Source: Antedon mediterranea (taxonomy: Eukaryota; Animalia; Echinodermata). Taken from it: a stretch of 64,000 nucleotides of DNA. The stretch spans positions 1,674,001 through 1,738,000 of the forward strand of contig NC_092673.1 of the NCBI RefSeq assembly GCF_964355755.1. Direction: 5' to 3'. A model generated the notes under the pieces. It was given only the letters and a program-made list of their open reading frames with translations, did not search any database and was not told the origin of the DNA. The position numbers and the translations under genes are program-made. Below are positions 27,241 to 40,763 of this stretch, piece by piece; the stretch's first letter is position 1, and each line of letters starts with the position of its first letter.

Positions 27241-30200
27241 ATATTTGAGATACTAGAGTATGAGAGTAAGAGATTGGTAATACTAACCCTACCCGGTGTA
27301 TATGCGAGGATTTAGAACTCTCAATTTCCCAAAAAATTTTACAAAAGTATAAAATGGTTTAACTTTTGAATCAAATTGCGTCATTTAAATCTGCCATCTG
27401 ACCCGCCATTTTGTAACTCTATTTCCATCCATTATAAAGCGTTACTTTGGTCTCGCTTCACGAATAAGGTTAAGATGGGTAACTCTTAATTGCACTGTAT
27501 TCTCTATAAGTATGTGATAGATATGTCACGCTTTGCTAATAACCAAAGTGACACACTCGCCAACAGGGCAATAGCACTCACTTTTAATGAGTTTTCTATC
27601 TAAACTGTTAAACCACTTCGTTACAATATTTTGTTAAATGTCTTCGAAAATAAACATTAACGTTGGGTACTTAGGAGAAAGAGCGGCGTCATATTGTCCC
27701 AGATTCTTTTTTTTTTTTCATAGGACAACACAAAGCATTCATAAACGCATCTTAGTTAAACGGCTGTCCCCAGAGACTAGTTATCATTAGTAAATCGTTG
27801 AGATGTAATTAGTAGTTATCAGATAGCTGGTGATATTTAACGGCTCAATTTATTTCTTGTTTGGTTCATTTAAGATAATTAATGAGTACCTGTCCACGTA
27901 AGAGTTAAATACAGGCCACTTGAGCAGGCTATCTTTAACAATAATAATAAAACGAACCTTTTCAAAACAATGTCTGTTACGATATGAAAGCCCAGTGGAG
28001 AATACAAAGCTTAAATGGAATAAACGGATATCTACTAATCATTATGGTATTTACTTATTAAATAATCAATTCGATTTATTTCTTGATTTACATATCATCG
28101 GAAATTAGACTAACGCGTAAAAGTACGTATTGCGCACGCGTCGTTGCTAATTGTACCACGTGATGGTTGTTTAAGAACTGAGACACGATTATTTGGTCTT
28201 ACGAAGAGCTTTTAAAATTGATTTATTAAACCAATCAATGGTTAGTTAATTTCAATATGCAACATATTACATTCAGATATGAGAGATCATGGTAAATCGA
28301 TATAAAAACAAACTTAACTGCTCTGTAAAACTTCTTTAAATACTCGCAGCAGAGATTTCTTTCCGAATATTGAATATATAATCTTTATTTTAAAACTCCC
28401 TTAATGCTATCACCTGTCTAGATTTTGCCGTTCGTTTGTGTTTATTTTTCCGGTTTTATTTATAAGTATCGTTTGTGAATAATTGTCGCTATACGACTTG
28501 AATACGTCGGTGTATGTTTTACGCCCGTCCAAACTTTTGGGCCTCTTTTGGGGTCGAAACCGACAAAATAAGTGATTATATTTTATATAAAGATAGTTTT
28601 TATTTATACAAGCAGCCGCTTTAAGATTTTATGTCAATTTTTTACGCTTCGATTAGTTTCATATCGTTTTTTTTTATTTTCGTTATTTTTACAGTGAATT
28701 TTGATCCCAAGTGACATAAGCGTGTATTTAAGTATATGTATAGTTAACTTGACTTTTCTTCATAATTAGCATCTACTGCTGAATTGACAATTGGAGGTTT
28801 GATATATGTATATGGTGCCGTCGTATCATTAATGTTATCAACTTAATATCGTTATCATCGTCATGGTAATCATATAATAGAACCGCTGTTACCGGGACAC
28901 CTTTAGGACCCAACAACGTATCTCCCGGGGAAGCCCCGTGAATAAGGTCGTTTATTCCACTACGATACCACATTTTACGCTAAATTGTGAACTTAAGCAA
29001 CCAAAAATCATTAGAAAGTGGTTATTAATTCAATTGTTTCTTTAACTACAAAACGATTGTAATAGCATTTCAATAGATTAGTCCGCAGCAGCTGAAATTA
29101 CAAACAATATAAAGACAAACGAAAATACACAGTTCGTTGTCCACTACAATTCATTACAATAGTCAATCGGTCTACGAAACTCCTTTACACCAAATACAAC
29201 ATGCTAAAAATTATTCCACTTCTGTGTTGTGTAAGTTAATTATCATAGTGCATTGTTTTGTCTGTTGTTGACGAACCGTCATTTACGGCGAGTCTGGGTT
29301 ATAGCAGCAAATATGACGATTATAAATCCATCGATCATAATAATCATTTGTCGCGGCCAAATTTGTTTTTGTCATTGAATTTTGGACGGAAGTGTAACGA
29401 ATTGATTTATTACACAAAGTGTATTGTTCTAAGTTTATTTATTACCAGGCGCTTAAGGGGACGCGCGTGCTTAGCAAGGACAGCGCCCGGTAGTCGCGCG
29501 CGTTCTAAATTCATTATTTTGATTTATACCAACAATAATATTTGCAATCAATCATAGCTTGTACAAAAATAATAAAATGGTCACCTACTTTTATCTGTTT
29601 TTTTTTTTATTGGAAATTAAACAGTTTGTGGTATGACAAGTTGTTACACTGAATCACAATATCAAATAATCCAAGAAAAAAAGTTATTTAGAAAATGTAT
29701 TTTAATAATTTGTTTGACGTATAGTACGCTATCATACGAACATAAAACATTTATCAATAATGTTTTCCAAAAACTTGGTATGGGTTAATAATAATTATAA
29801 TAGGCCTAATAAATAAATTTAAAAAATATTTTATAAATTATCTATTTATCAATTGATCCTGAGAGGAGCGAATTCGGCACTTCTATTTAAACGTCAACTT
29901 AAAACTTTTCTTTTTAATTAATTACTAAGTATTGTTAGGGTGCCATATAAAAATCTGTATTGGTACTTTAGTAGTATCAAATAAAGTGATCTTTTGTTGT
30001 AAAAGGGTAGGCCGCCTCCTAACTTGAAAATAGAACAAAAAAAAGAAGTTAAGTGGATTACAAAATGTCTTATTAATTAAATATTCATATTCTAACCTAT
30101 TTAATTAAGTCAAAATGAAAAAAAAAAACATTTTAATTTAATAACCTAATTTTATTCACTTGGTGTCAGTGTAAGTTACACAAACGTGTAAAGCATGACT

Positions 30201-31856
30201 CCAGTCTAGAAGGACAAAAAATGTATTTAAAATGAAAAGACGATTACAATTACATCACAATTGATTAAATTTAGGTAAAATTAAATAAGTATTTGAATAA
30301 TTAATAATATAATATCAAGTAAATTGTAACTAGATCTCTTAGTCTGTCAATGAACACATTGTCATTGAACTCGGTTTTAAAAAGTGACAATGATATCGAG
30401 AAAAAAAACTTAAAACAAAGAGATATCGTACATACAGATACCTCCTCGGTAAAAGGGTTGTCGATATAAAATATCATTTTTCTTATCGATTTATTCATTA
30501 AAAAAATATGTATACTGTATTAAACAACTTTAATTTCATTTATGTACTTGTTTTATATTTATTTTATTATCAATAAACCACAGCATTTAGGTGTTAATTT
30601 ATAAATGACAGTAATTAATAAATACGAACTTTGAAATGATAACCATTAATTTGGCTGAACTCACAAAACACACAAAAAAAACTATCTGACTGGAAGCACA
30701 ATCTGGTTACACATTAATACCGCCCTCTTGCGGTAACCAAAATATATTAAACTTATTACAGGATGCTGACAGTTCACCATCATGGGTCTAATAATCCTAT
30801 AAACATTTTGTCATATTCATATTTTTAGAGATAAATGCAAATTAAATGATATTAATTTTTTCCGTTATTAAATTCCAAAATCAGATTACAGAAAAAAAAA
30901 ATACGGTTGCCGGATCTGAATTTAAAATACAACACAGTAAAAAGCTAAATTAAAAGTTCAGTAAAGATTACATTGCTTTATTTATATAAAATAATCATTA
31001 ATTAATGTATATAATAAATAATATTAATAATCTGTCACAATAAGTTTAATTCGTTATTTAAAAAAGTAGCCTAAATGTTGAATATGTCTTAGATAGTATT
31101 CACTGAAGCCATGCATACGTTGTATTTCCCAGCGGTCTCACCTACATACGATTTTAATAAATAAGCTATATGATTGCAAATGAATATGTTTTTATCAATA
31201 GAAACAAAATAAAAAGGGCCTACACTCCATAATTATGAACATTTTACCTATAATGCAACATTTTGTCGTAAAGAATGTGTTTGGTCAGAAGGGGGCGCCA
31301 TACGACTATTTTATATCAATTTCGTATTTTTTCAGTTCTATCAATTAAATTAAAAGTGTTGTATTGGGTAGAACCAAACAATCAATCTGTAATTATGCCC
31401 ACTACTCTGAATTTATTACTAAATCCGTTTTATTGATTTTAATTGACATAGATGGTTTCATTAGGAGGGTTTAAAACACATTAACTTCGAAATAACTGCT
31501 AATGACCGAAAACACCATAGATTGTAATTCTCTTTCTTCTTGTCTCACAATTGCCAATAAAACCCTAACACATCCTGAATGCTTGTGACATTCACACCCA
31601 TCGAATTCAGAACCAGCTTAGTACCGACTTAATGTTTTATGGGTACTAATCCGTTAAGTGTAACCCAAAGGAAGTGATCTTGTAGGCCTAGTGTTGTTAC
31701 ACCTGAAGTGAAAGATAATGGCAGTGCACACCTGACCACAGCAGGGTGTACCTATTTTAAAAGGATGGGGTGTTAGGCCTACGGATTTTTAAATTCCTTT
31801 GCATATATGTTTACAACCAATTATTATTATTATAGTTTGTGTCTCTTTTTATTTTA

Positions 31857-32010
31857 AACTCTGTCTACACAATTTAATAGTTTGACAAAAAAGTGTGATG
31901 GGTACATCACACTTTTTTGTCAAAGTGTGATGTACCCAAACATGGTTGTGATATGCCCAAATATGGTAGTGATATGACATCATCGTGTCCATACGCACAT
32001 CACATAAATA
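31857..32010. mobile_element. MITE family A, partial copy with internal inverted duplication
   Basis: ctctgtctacac terminus, a hairpin tttgacaaaaaagtgtgatg...catcacacttttttgtcaaa, and ccaaatatggtagtgatatgacatcatc. Confidence 0.75.
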
Positions 32011-33529
32011 AAACGATATTACAGTATTAGGGAAGTATTTCTAGGGCTAAAATATCTGGTTTTGGAACATTGCAAAGTTTCCCACAAAGACTATTGTCTA
32101 TGATCGACCATCTAAACATAATTGAGACGTTTAAACATGTATTTAATGTAATACTGTTTAAAGTGTATACATTAACGTACTTAGTAAAGTAGGCTTAGTC
32201 TGTTTGAATGACAGTTTTCATTAATTCCTCATTCAGCTTAGAGTCTACTCAGCTTAGAGTCTACTCAAGTTCGACCTACACACGTGTGGTATTCCCTCAT
32301 CTACTTACACTTATGCTCCCTTTCTACACACTTGAAACTTGAAGGAGAAAGCAACGTCGCTCAAACTATTATCTTGTTTTGTTTAGATTTTACAAGATCC
32401 CAACTCCAGCTATTAGAAATAAATGTAAATATTACAGTTTGATAAATTCAGTGTAAATACTTCTTAAAAATTATTATACTTAAGTCTACTCAAATTTGTT
32501 TAGGCGTGGATGTGGCAAGCCAAGTTCGCCAATAGTCGATCCTCAATCCAAACATTGTTTTTGAATAGTATGGATTGAGGACTTGTGACTTAATTGTCTG
32601 ATGCATTGTTTATTTCAACTACACTGATAATCCTTTATTCATTTTCAAAGTCATTTCTATAATTAAAAAAAAAAGAGAATTTAATAGCTTAGAATGGTAA
32701 TTGAACAACTTAACTTAAAATCTCATTTTTATCAAACGAAATAACATACAGTATTTCCTAAATGAAAGTTGTGTTAGCATGTCAAACGCCCTCTATATTG
32801 ATAACGAACACATCCGATAGAAAATACGTCATCGTGTTCAATATTTAGGACAAGTTGTGTTTTCACGTGCTTTTGGCCAGACTGAGTGGCACCGGGAAAG
32901 CCGTTCTAGGAACAATAATGGCTAACAAGGCATATGGGACGTTAATGGCCCAGCTTTCTAAGAACAAAAGCCTAAGTTAGTGAGGAATAACAGAAACTTA
33001 AATCTTCATTGTCATCAAACAAAAGAATGAGTTAAGAAGTATTCACCATAAAAGTGTCTCAGTCTAGATTATTAACTTGGTAGAAAATAACTTAGTCTTA
33101 ATGAACATGATTGACTCAAACTAGCACTCAACACTCTGTTTTAATTGACTTCTTATTGTTTGTTATTTAACGTTTAAAAGCTCTTTGTCTGTTTATCTGA
33201 CCCAAGTTGACGGAGATCGTGATTTGGGGCTTATTTACTTATCTGGTGGCTCAAACTCTGTTTATAATATATGTTCAGAATAAAACCCATCGTTAATCTT
33301 AAGTACAAGTACTTCAAATTATAAGTCTTAAAAACTTTTATGAAGAATATTTTTTTTACAGCTGATGATACAACAATACTACTATACAAATATTGTCTGA
33401 GCCCCATAAACTATAATATATATAAAATATAAAACCAATCAAAATGAAGCTTAAATGTTTCACAAACTGACAATTAAAAGTATCTTTAGTTTATTTGGAA
33501 ACGTATTCTTTGGCAATGGCAAATGATTA

Positions 33530-33737
33530 CGAGGCGCAACGCAAGGATTGATTACCTAGGACGTAACGCAAGTGAATTGACCAATCACAAGCCACATTTT
33601 GATGATCCATCGCCTATGACTGGTCAGTGCGGTGCGCGTGCGCTTACGTTCTTACATTGCGTGGGAACCAAGCTTTAAATTTACATTTACTTTACGTATA
33701 CATCCTTTTGTGTTACGTCCGAGGGAACCAGTCTTAC
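33530..33737. mobile_element. MITE family B, degenerate copy plus an extra terminus
   Basis: ggacgtaacgcaagtgaattgaccaatcacaag...gtgggaaccaagctt matches the 63310 copy. A second gggaaccag end lies near 33723. Confidence 0.7.
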
Positions 33738-34695
33738 AAGGTTTACCAATTGTCATAATACTCTGAAATATAAAAAGGATGTAATCTCCCCATTATCTGT
33801 GAAGCTAGACCTACTTGAAAAACCTATCGAGTCATTAGGACTTTCATAAATAACTAAAGTTCTCACTGTAGATGTGTGAAAGGACAATGCTGGCGATTTA
33901 TATCTTTCATGTACACTTTGTGTAATTGACAGGGCAGTGAAATGTTTCTTTATTTTGATTCTATGAGGGTTAATTTGCCGTAATTGATAATCGCAAATGG
34001 GATAATGGGCACCCATCGAGTCCACACCTGTGGGCAATCTTCGTCCGGGGAATCGAAGACAACACCAGTATAACATATCATGGAAAGATCTGAATGAATT
34101 ATTATTAATGAGATATCTGAACCAAACATAATATAGGCCTATATATATCTTGGTGTCAAAGAATACAACATTCACGACCCGATTAAGAATTGAACTTTAT
34201 TTGACAGAAAATATAAACACTTTCCCGTTAAGACCAGAAAAAAGTCAAATTATTTCACTCTTCCCTGGTTACTGGTTAAGACTATAATAAAGGGACGCTT
34301 TGTTGTATACTACATTTCCCCTTAATTGGAATTCTTTTATTGCATAAAACAAGCTTAGTAAAATATTAAGACAAAGTACAAAATGAATAATAATTAAAGT
34401 TTGGTACCACTTTGGTACCAAAATATTGGAAATGTCCATTATTGCAGATTTTCCAAAGGAAGTTGTAATTTCAAAGTAAAGTTAGTTAGCAGGATAAAAA
34501 GATAAACAAATGAATGAAATGTCAAAATGGGCAAACACAATGTAATACATTTACAAAATAAACAAACAAACACACACACACGCTACCGATTACATATACC
34601 TCCGAGGTAAATAAATGCTATAGATGATTGAATGAAATATTGTGGGCAGTGTTACTTTATTTCCTCCATGCTTATAACCTAATGAGTCGTTAATA

Positions 34696-34882
34696 CCTAG
34701 CCTTTGTCTTACTGGTGTTAATTATCCTTAATATAGTTAGCAGTTTCTAATCATAATGCCTAGGCTTTGTCTTACTGGTGTTAATTATCCTTAATATAGT
34801 TAGCAGTTTCTAATTATAATGCCTAGGCTTTGTCTTACTGGTGTTAATTATCCTTAATATAGTTAGCAGTTTCTAATTATAA
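34696..34882. repeat. Tandem repeat, 63-bp unit, 3 copies
   Basis: cctag.ctttgtcttactggtgttaattatccttaatatagttagcagtttctaat starts at 34696, 34759 and 34822. Confidence 0.92.
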
Positions 34883-36264
34883 TTTGTATTTAATTATTGT
34901 CAGTCTTACTAATTAGGTATCAAAGTCATCATGATTGCTGTCCGTTTTAACATGTTTGTTGCATTCTAATTATTGAATGTGTTGTTTACAAAAATTAGAT
35001 TAACCGTTTGTATTTATTGTATTATTGGTGCGGCAGTCCTGGCTTTGTTTTAATTTAGAGAATCTTTATTTAGTTGCTACATGTTTTGATTTAATTAGAC
35101 CTTGTTGACAACTTAATCCTAATTATTGGTATTAAGTAATCACACTTTTGTTATCAAACTAGTTTGATAATGTAGACAAACCTTAAGACATTATTCAAAC
35201 TATTGTTTATGGTAGCCCGTTGAAAATGACTATATATAACATGCGGTATTTTGATCGGGATTGATCGGGATCAATCGGAATGTTCACAGTTCGTGCTTTA
35301 AAGCTGACTTGTCTTAACTCCATTTAGCTTGCACTAGATATTAATGGTTTGTGTATAATTTGGTAGTTTAAGTAAATCATTGATTGTGTGTGGTTCAACA
35401 CTATCACAGAGTGCTTGTTTAGCAGTAACTTACATCATAGTCATAAATTTCAAACTGATTTCGCAAGTCGTTTATTTGTCTACTCCATTTTCTCTCGTAA
35501 CTTTGTGTCAAAAAGTGTACAATAATACTTACCCTCTCTAAGGATAAAAAGGTTACGACCCAACGAATTAATTAAATCAAAGTAAATGTAAATGTTTATT
35601 TAATTGGTTAGGCTGGTGTAATACATAAGAACTTGCGTGTAATGTGTAATTTAAATACGACACTGACGCGTTGTTGTTGACAAATGCGTTTTAAATGGCA
35701 AAACCGCGTTTTAAGGAACGCAAGATTTATATAAGGTATATTAGTTTAATAAACATTATTTGCGTTTGTATGTTTGAAGAATGTCTGCCGATTTGCAATG
35801 TTTATATTTGCTTGTATAGAATCGGTGTGGCATCACTTGTCATCGACATAAAGGCCTATTAAATTGGTGATAATGTTAATACATTTTTACGACCACTTTT
35901 ATTTCGTTATTATCAAACAATCAGATTTATTAACTTCCTGAATTCAAGATCAGATTTTACGATGTTACAATCTTCGCTGGTCATATATGGTATGATACTA
36001 CTGCAATTAGTTTACAAGAAGGAAAATACTTTCATCGACAGAATTGTTAAGATGCGAAATTATATCCTCCTCTCGTGCTTAAATTGACAAATAAGTATAT
36101 GCTCAGATTAAGGAATATACTACCCGTGTAAAACATACAAAAGTTATTCTAAATTGATTCTTAAATCAAAATAATTTGTTAAAATGAAATGTTTACAATC
36201 CCAAAGCCAAACTCAGTTTCATGGAAGATAAAAAGCACGTGACTACCAATTTTAACAAATTATC

Positions 36265-36420
36265 TCAGTTTCCGTTGCCAAAAATTAACCGATAAAAATT
36301 AACCGATACAACTGAACCGATACAAATTAACCGATAAAAAATAACCGATAATTGACCGATAAACTGCCTGTGGAAACTGGGGTTAACCGATTCTGCTCGA
36401 GAAAAATTAACCGATAATTA
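36265..36420. repeat. Cluster of AACCGATA motifs, probably subterminal repeats of a DNA-transposon remnant
   Basis: About 8 copies of (a)accgat(a), mostly between inverted cagtttcc / ggaaactg ends. Confidence 0.5.
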
Positions 36421-37945
36421 GGGTCATATCGTTCAAAGGGGATAATTATCGGATAAATCCAGTAATTTTTAACTTTTGACCTGAAGAACAAAGTGTTATG
36501 TTGTGATTGGGCACATAGTCGTTTGGTAATGACTGATCATTTTAATTAATTACCTGATTGTTAAAACCCCAATAATTTTGTTTTGGCTGCGGAAACACGG
36601 CATCAGACTGCTTACAATTGTGTGTACATGTAAGTTAACAGTCGTGTTTTGCAGTGTAAACCAACATGATGTGTGTATATATAAAGGCCTCTCATGAAAC
36701 TATTATAGCTCAATACTTTTGGAATTATTAGTCTTAAGTTTGTTCTTAGGCACGTCTTCCTCCACTTAACTACTATGGTGGTATGCAAGTGATAGCATGT
36801 AATTTGTTTATGTATCGCCAGTACCTCAATCAGGACGACCTATGTGACATTGTAAAAACACATTAAAGGGACCAAAATCACAAATTGGTGACGTACAACT
36901 CATTCTGTCAATCATCCTCAACGAGACAACATTTTTATCCTTGTATTATTCGGCTTTTTTTCTCTTGTTTAAAACATTAATGATGCTTTGTGTGTAACCA
37001 ATTCTCTTTGTTTAAAATAATTTAATTTATTTTGTGCTTGATACTTCTTAAAATGTTTGAGAATCATGAACACATTATTTTCGATGGTTGTACATGGGTG
37101 GGCCAAAATAAACCAAGGTGCTGATATAATAATAGATTGTTAATAGATATGTAATGCTAAAATTATAGATGGTAAAATTATATATTCGTTAAACATTAAA
37201 ACTATTAAACATAAACCATGAGAGAACATTCTTTTAAGCTACTAATGTTTATTGGTTGATGCACCTTAGGATAGGTAAGACATGGCTAAGAAGATGTCCT
37301 TTATTAACCCCGTGGGTATTATCTAAGCCCTCTTCGAAGCTGACCCCTGGACACTCTGTTCGACACTGAAGGGTACTCAGCTGTGCTAACGCGGGGTGCG
37401 AGTCGGATACGTATCATCCATGTTGAACCACCGCCAAGGGTGTCATACAAGCCTCTAGATTGTTGTTCCTCTTTTCCTTTTGTTTAAAACAAAAACCAAT
37501 TTCATTCATTCATTTTCTTTGTAAATAAAGTAGATAAATAAAGGACAAAATTAACATTTATAATTACAAAATTGATTTAAACAAAGAAAAGGGGAACATT
37601 TTTTAAGCAGATGCTTAGAAAAAAAATGTTTAATTAATATATTTAAATATAAAATTCATTAATAAATGTAAACCAGCTCAAAATTATAATTTCAAAGAAG
37701 TTTTCTTTGAAGTTTTCAATATCATGACAATCTTATAAATGACATGACATGACATGTACATAGCCCTTGACAAATATGTCTTAATGTTTGTTAAATGTTT
37801 AAGATAAATAAACATCTTTCTTCTCCTCTTTTGTTCTTACAGAAGCAGAATGACGTATTGAATCTCAAATGACAAGTAAAAGTAAATGTTATTTTATTAT
37901 TTAATAGAGTATATAGAAGCCATATTAGGGGAAGATCCGGACTCT

Positions 37946-38099
37946 TATGGCGGGCCAAACTGTCATTTAAATATTAAATCTCTATTTAAAACTAAGATAT
38001 CTCTATTTAAAACTAAAATATCCATATTTAAAACTAAGATATCTCTATTGAAAACCAAGGTATCTTGTTAATGATTAAATGACAGTTTGGCCCGCCATA
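37946..38099. mobile_element. 154-bp TIR element with TATGG...CCATA ends and 6-bp TSD (Crypton-like MITE)
   Basis: Perfect 25-bp TIR tatggcgggccaaactgtcatttaa. GACTCT lies directly on both sides (37940-37945, 38100-38105). The interior is four 21-bp repeats (atctctatttaaaactaagat). The structure is certain; the superfamily call is from recall. Confidence 0.85.
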
Positions 38100-40617
38100 G
38101 ACTCTCGAAACACAAAATGCCTCTTAATACAATGGTTCACTGAAAGGGATTGGCCGAATGTTTCGATTGTATGTTTCCCCGGAAACTATTTTTGGGGTGT
38201 TCCTTGAATAATATAAGCATATCCGTACGATTCCCCGTAAAAGTGCCCTTAACTCTTAATAGAGGATGTATCTTGAACATGTGCGTCCCAGTTAGAGGTT
38301 TTATCTTATCCTGTAATGAAATTTCAAATATTAAATGCATCTGAATTTATTTATAGACACTTTAAGTTGAATTTATACTCGTCAATCGTAGGCCCTTCCA
38401 TCTTTGACCTGTCATGAATGCCCATACACTCCAAAAACAGTGTTTATATTTGTTTAATGGTTGCAGCCTGAGCTATAAAAGAAAAGAAAATAACCATCAA
38501 GTCAACCCAATTTAGTACAGCATAAATGTGTATATTTTACAACGGAAAATGAGGTATCTAGTGTCGTAGGAACAGAGACTTTAAGATAACAACTTAAACG
38601 ACAAGACGTTTTGAAAATGTCAGTTTCAGCTCCGAGGCTTCCGTCCAATTCCGTAGGCCATGTTCGCTAAGTTCTCATCTTTATAAAACTTTAAGAAAGA
38701 TCCGGTTACTGGTAGTGAAATTGTAGTCGACCGAGTGCATTATAAGTAACTGCCTTACAAAAATGTACTGTCATTTAGTAAGTAGCGAGTTGATCTTGAT
38801 TGTGATGATGAGGAATCCAGTTTAGGTTGCCAGTGATGAGCGATGACCAACATGTCCATCATGATTTCATGAACGCTGTACACTAATGATGAGCTTAGCG
38901 TCAATTTTGACATCCTTTTAATTTAATCTCTTTTTAATCGTTGTATTAATATTATGTTGTTGTAATGTATTTTATGTAATTATACAACACTTTATGAATC
39001 TTAATATTTGATTAAACATCCACTGCTCTTCTTCTAAAAAAATCTCCGCATTGACAAAATCAGGAAAGATTTCTTGTTGATATAAAGTTTGCGGTACACC
39101 ACGTATATTAGTTCTGAAAGGAACTGTTGAAGAGATTTATTTTCTTGTCATAATTTTGTATCAGTATTATATTTTTATATATATATAGGAAGAGTACTGT
39201 ATCTTTTTTTCGCATCTATCTTTTTTTTGTAAATGCCCTCACAAACCGATTGTTTGTCTGAAATGCAGACTGTAAATTGTCTTGTATATAACATTCTTCA
39301 TAATTTAACTCCTGACTATCTCACTAATATATTTACATTTTGTAATAATGCATTTAACCCTAGGCATAGTCACTTAAATGTTGCTCTGCCTTTATACTGA
39401 ATATTAAAAACGTAGCTTGCATATAGGTGCACTGAATGGAACAACCATGGTGTTGACATTCACTCGTCTACCACCCTGCAATTGTTTGAACATGAACTTT
39501 ATTAAAACCTTTTAATATATATTTATATAACTGTACATTGTTAAAACATTGTTGAAATAGTTTTTTATGTGCATGGCCCCAGGGAAGAACAACCATGTGT
39601 TGTTCTGTGCCTCTGTGGTTAAATAAAGTTGAATTGAATTGAATTTACAAGTGAGAAATTTAAATTTGAAAACAAGACTTCGGATATCAATCACGAAACA
39701 TCAGTGAACTAAACAATAGCGTAGTTTCCAGTCAATATTCACATTCATATTGTTATTATATCCAAATGCTCTTCTGTTTATTAACGATTGTATAATTTTG
39801 ATTTTGGAAGATAATTGAGTAATTTCGACATGTTGTCTGCTGTAAAGTGTTGGTTAAGGCGGCGCAATGATTCCTGTAAATATTCCATTGACGTGTCAAT
39901 TTACCAGCTTTATAATAGCATGTCTATTACTTTATCGATTTATTCGCAAGATATCTTGAGAGCTTTTCATTAATTTGTATTTTGATAGTATGAGATGGGT
40001 TACAACATCAATTTGGAATTAGAAAGTGACTCGCAATTTGTTCAATTGTCACTTAAGTACAATATTCACGCGCAATTAATTATCAAATTAACACCGTATA
40101 CCGCGTTGAGCGATTGTGTAATTTAAATTAACGGACACAAACATGACACGCGCGTCGTATTCTTACACTCAATGATTCCCTTCAATATCAACACCATAAA
40201 TGGAATTTTGTGATTTGAGAAATAACTTGTAAGCATTCTTTAAATTGGATGATATGCTGCTAAGATGGACAAACAGACAGACAGACACTCGTCGTATTGC
40301 AGAAAAGCAAACATCAACGCATTAAGCGTGTTCGTCAAGAGTCCTCAATTTGAGAGCATCACTTTAAAACCAATTGGTTAATTGATATAAGCGTGGTTTT
40401 TATTAGTTTGTACTTTACTAAAGGGCGGACTAGATTCACAAATAAATCATTCATTTGTTAATAGATGTGCTCATCTTCCTATTTCACTGGTATCCATCAT
40501 AGGTAATTGTTTTAAGATTAATCATAGTGTTTAATTAAATGACTAATCTACGTAATGGAATCTAAATATTTGTAGAATATCATGATTACGTAATATAGGA
40601 ACTGTAGAAGTTTATTA

Positions 40618-40763
40618 AAGCTCTTTCTACGCTATCAAACTTTGTGACAAAATATGTGCTGTGCCCATATATGGACATGATGATGTCATATCACTACCCT
40701 ATTTGGGCATATCACTGCCATATTTGTGCACATCACACTTTTTTTAGATTGATAGACAGAGCT
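40618..40763. mobile_element. MITE family A, near-complete copy in opposite orientation
   Basis: aagctctttctacgctatcaaact...gtgcccatatatggacatgatgatgtcatatcactacc...tagacagagct. Confidence 0.8.

Noticed and set aside
38137-38340. 67-aa minus-strand ORF with an acceptor-like site near its start
   Set aside because: No recognisable domain and no partner exons found.
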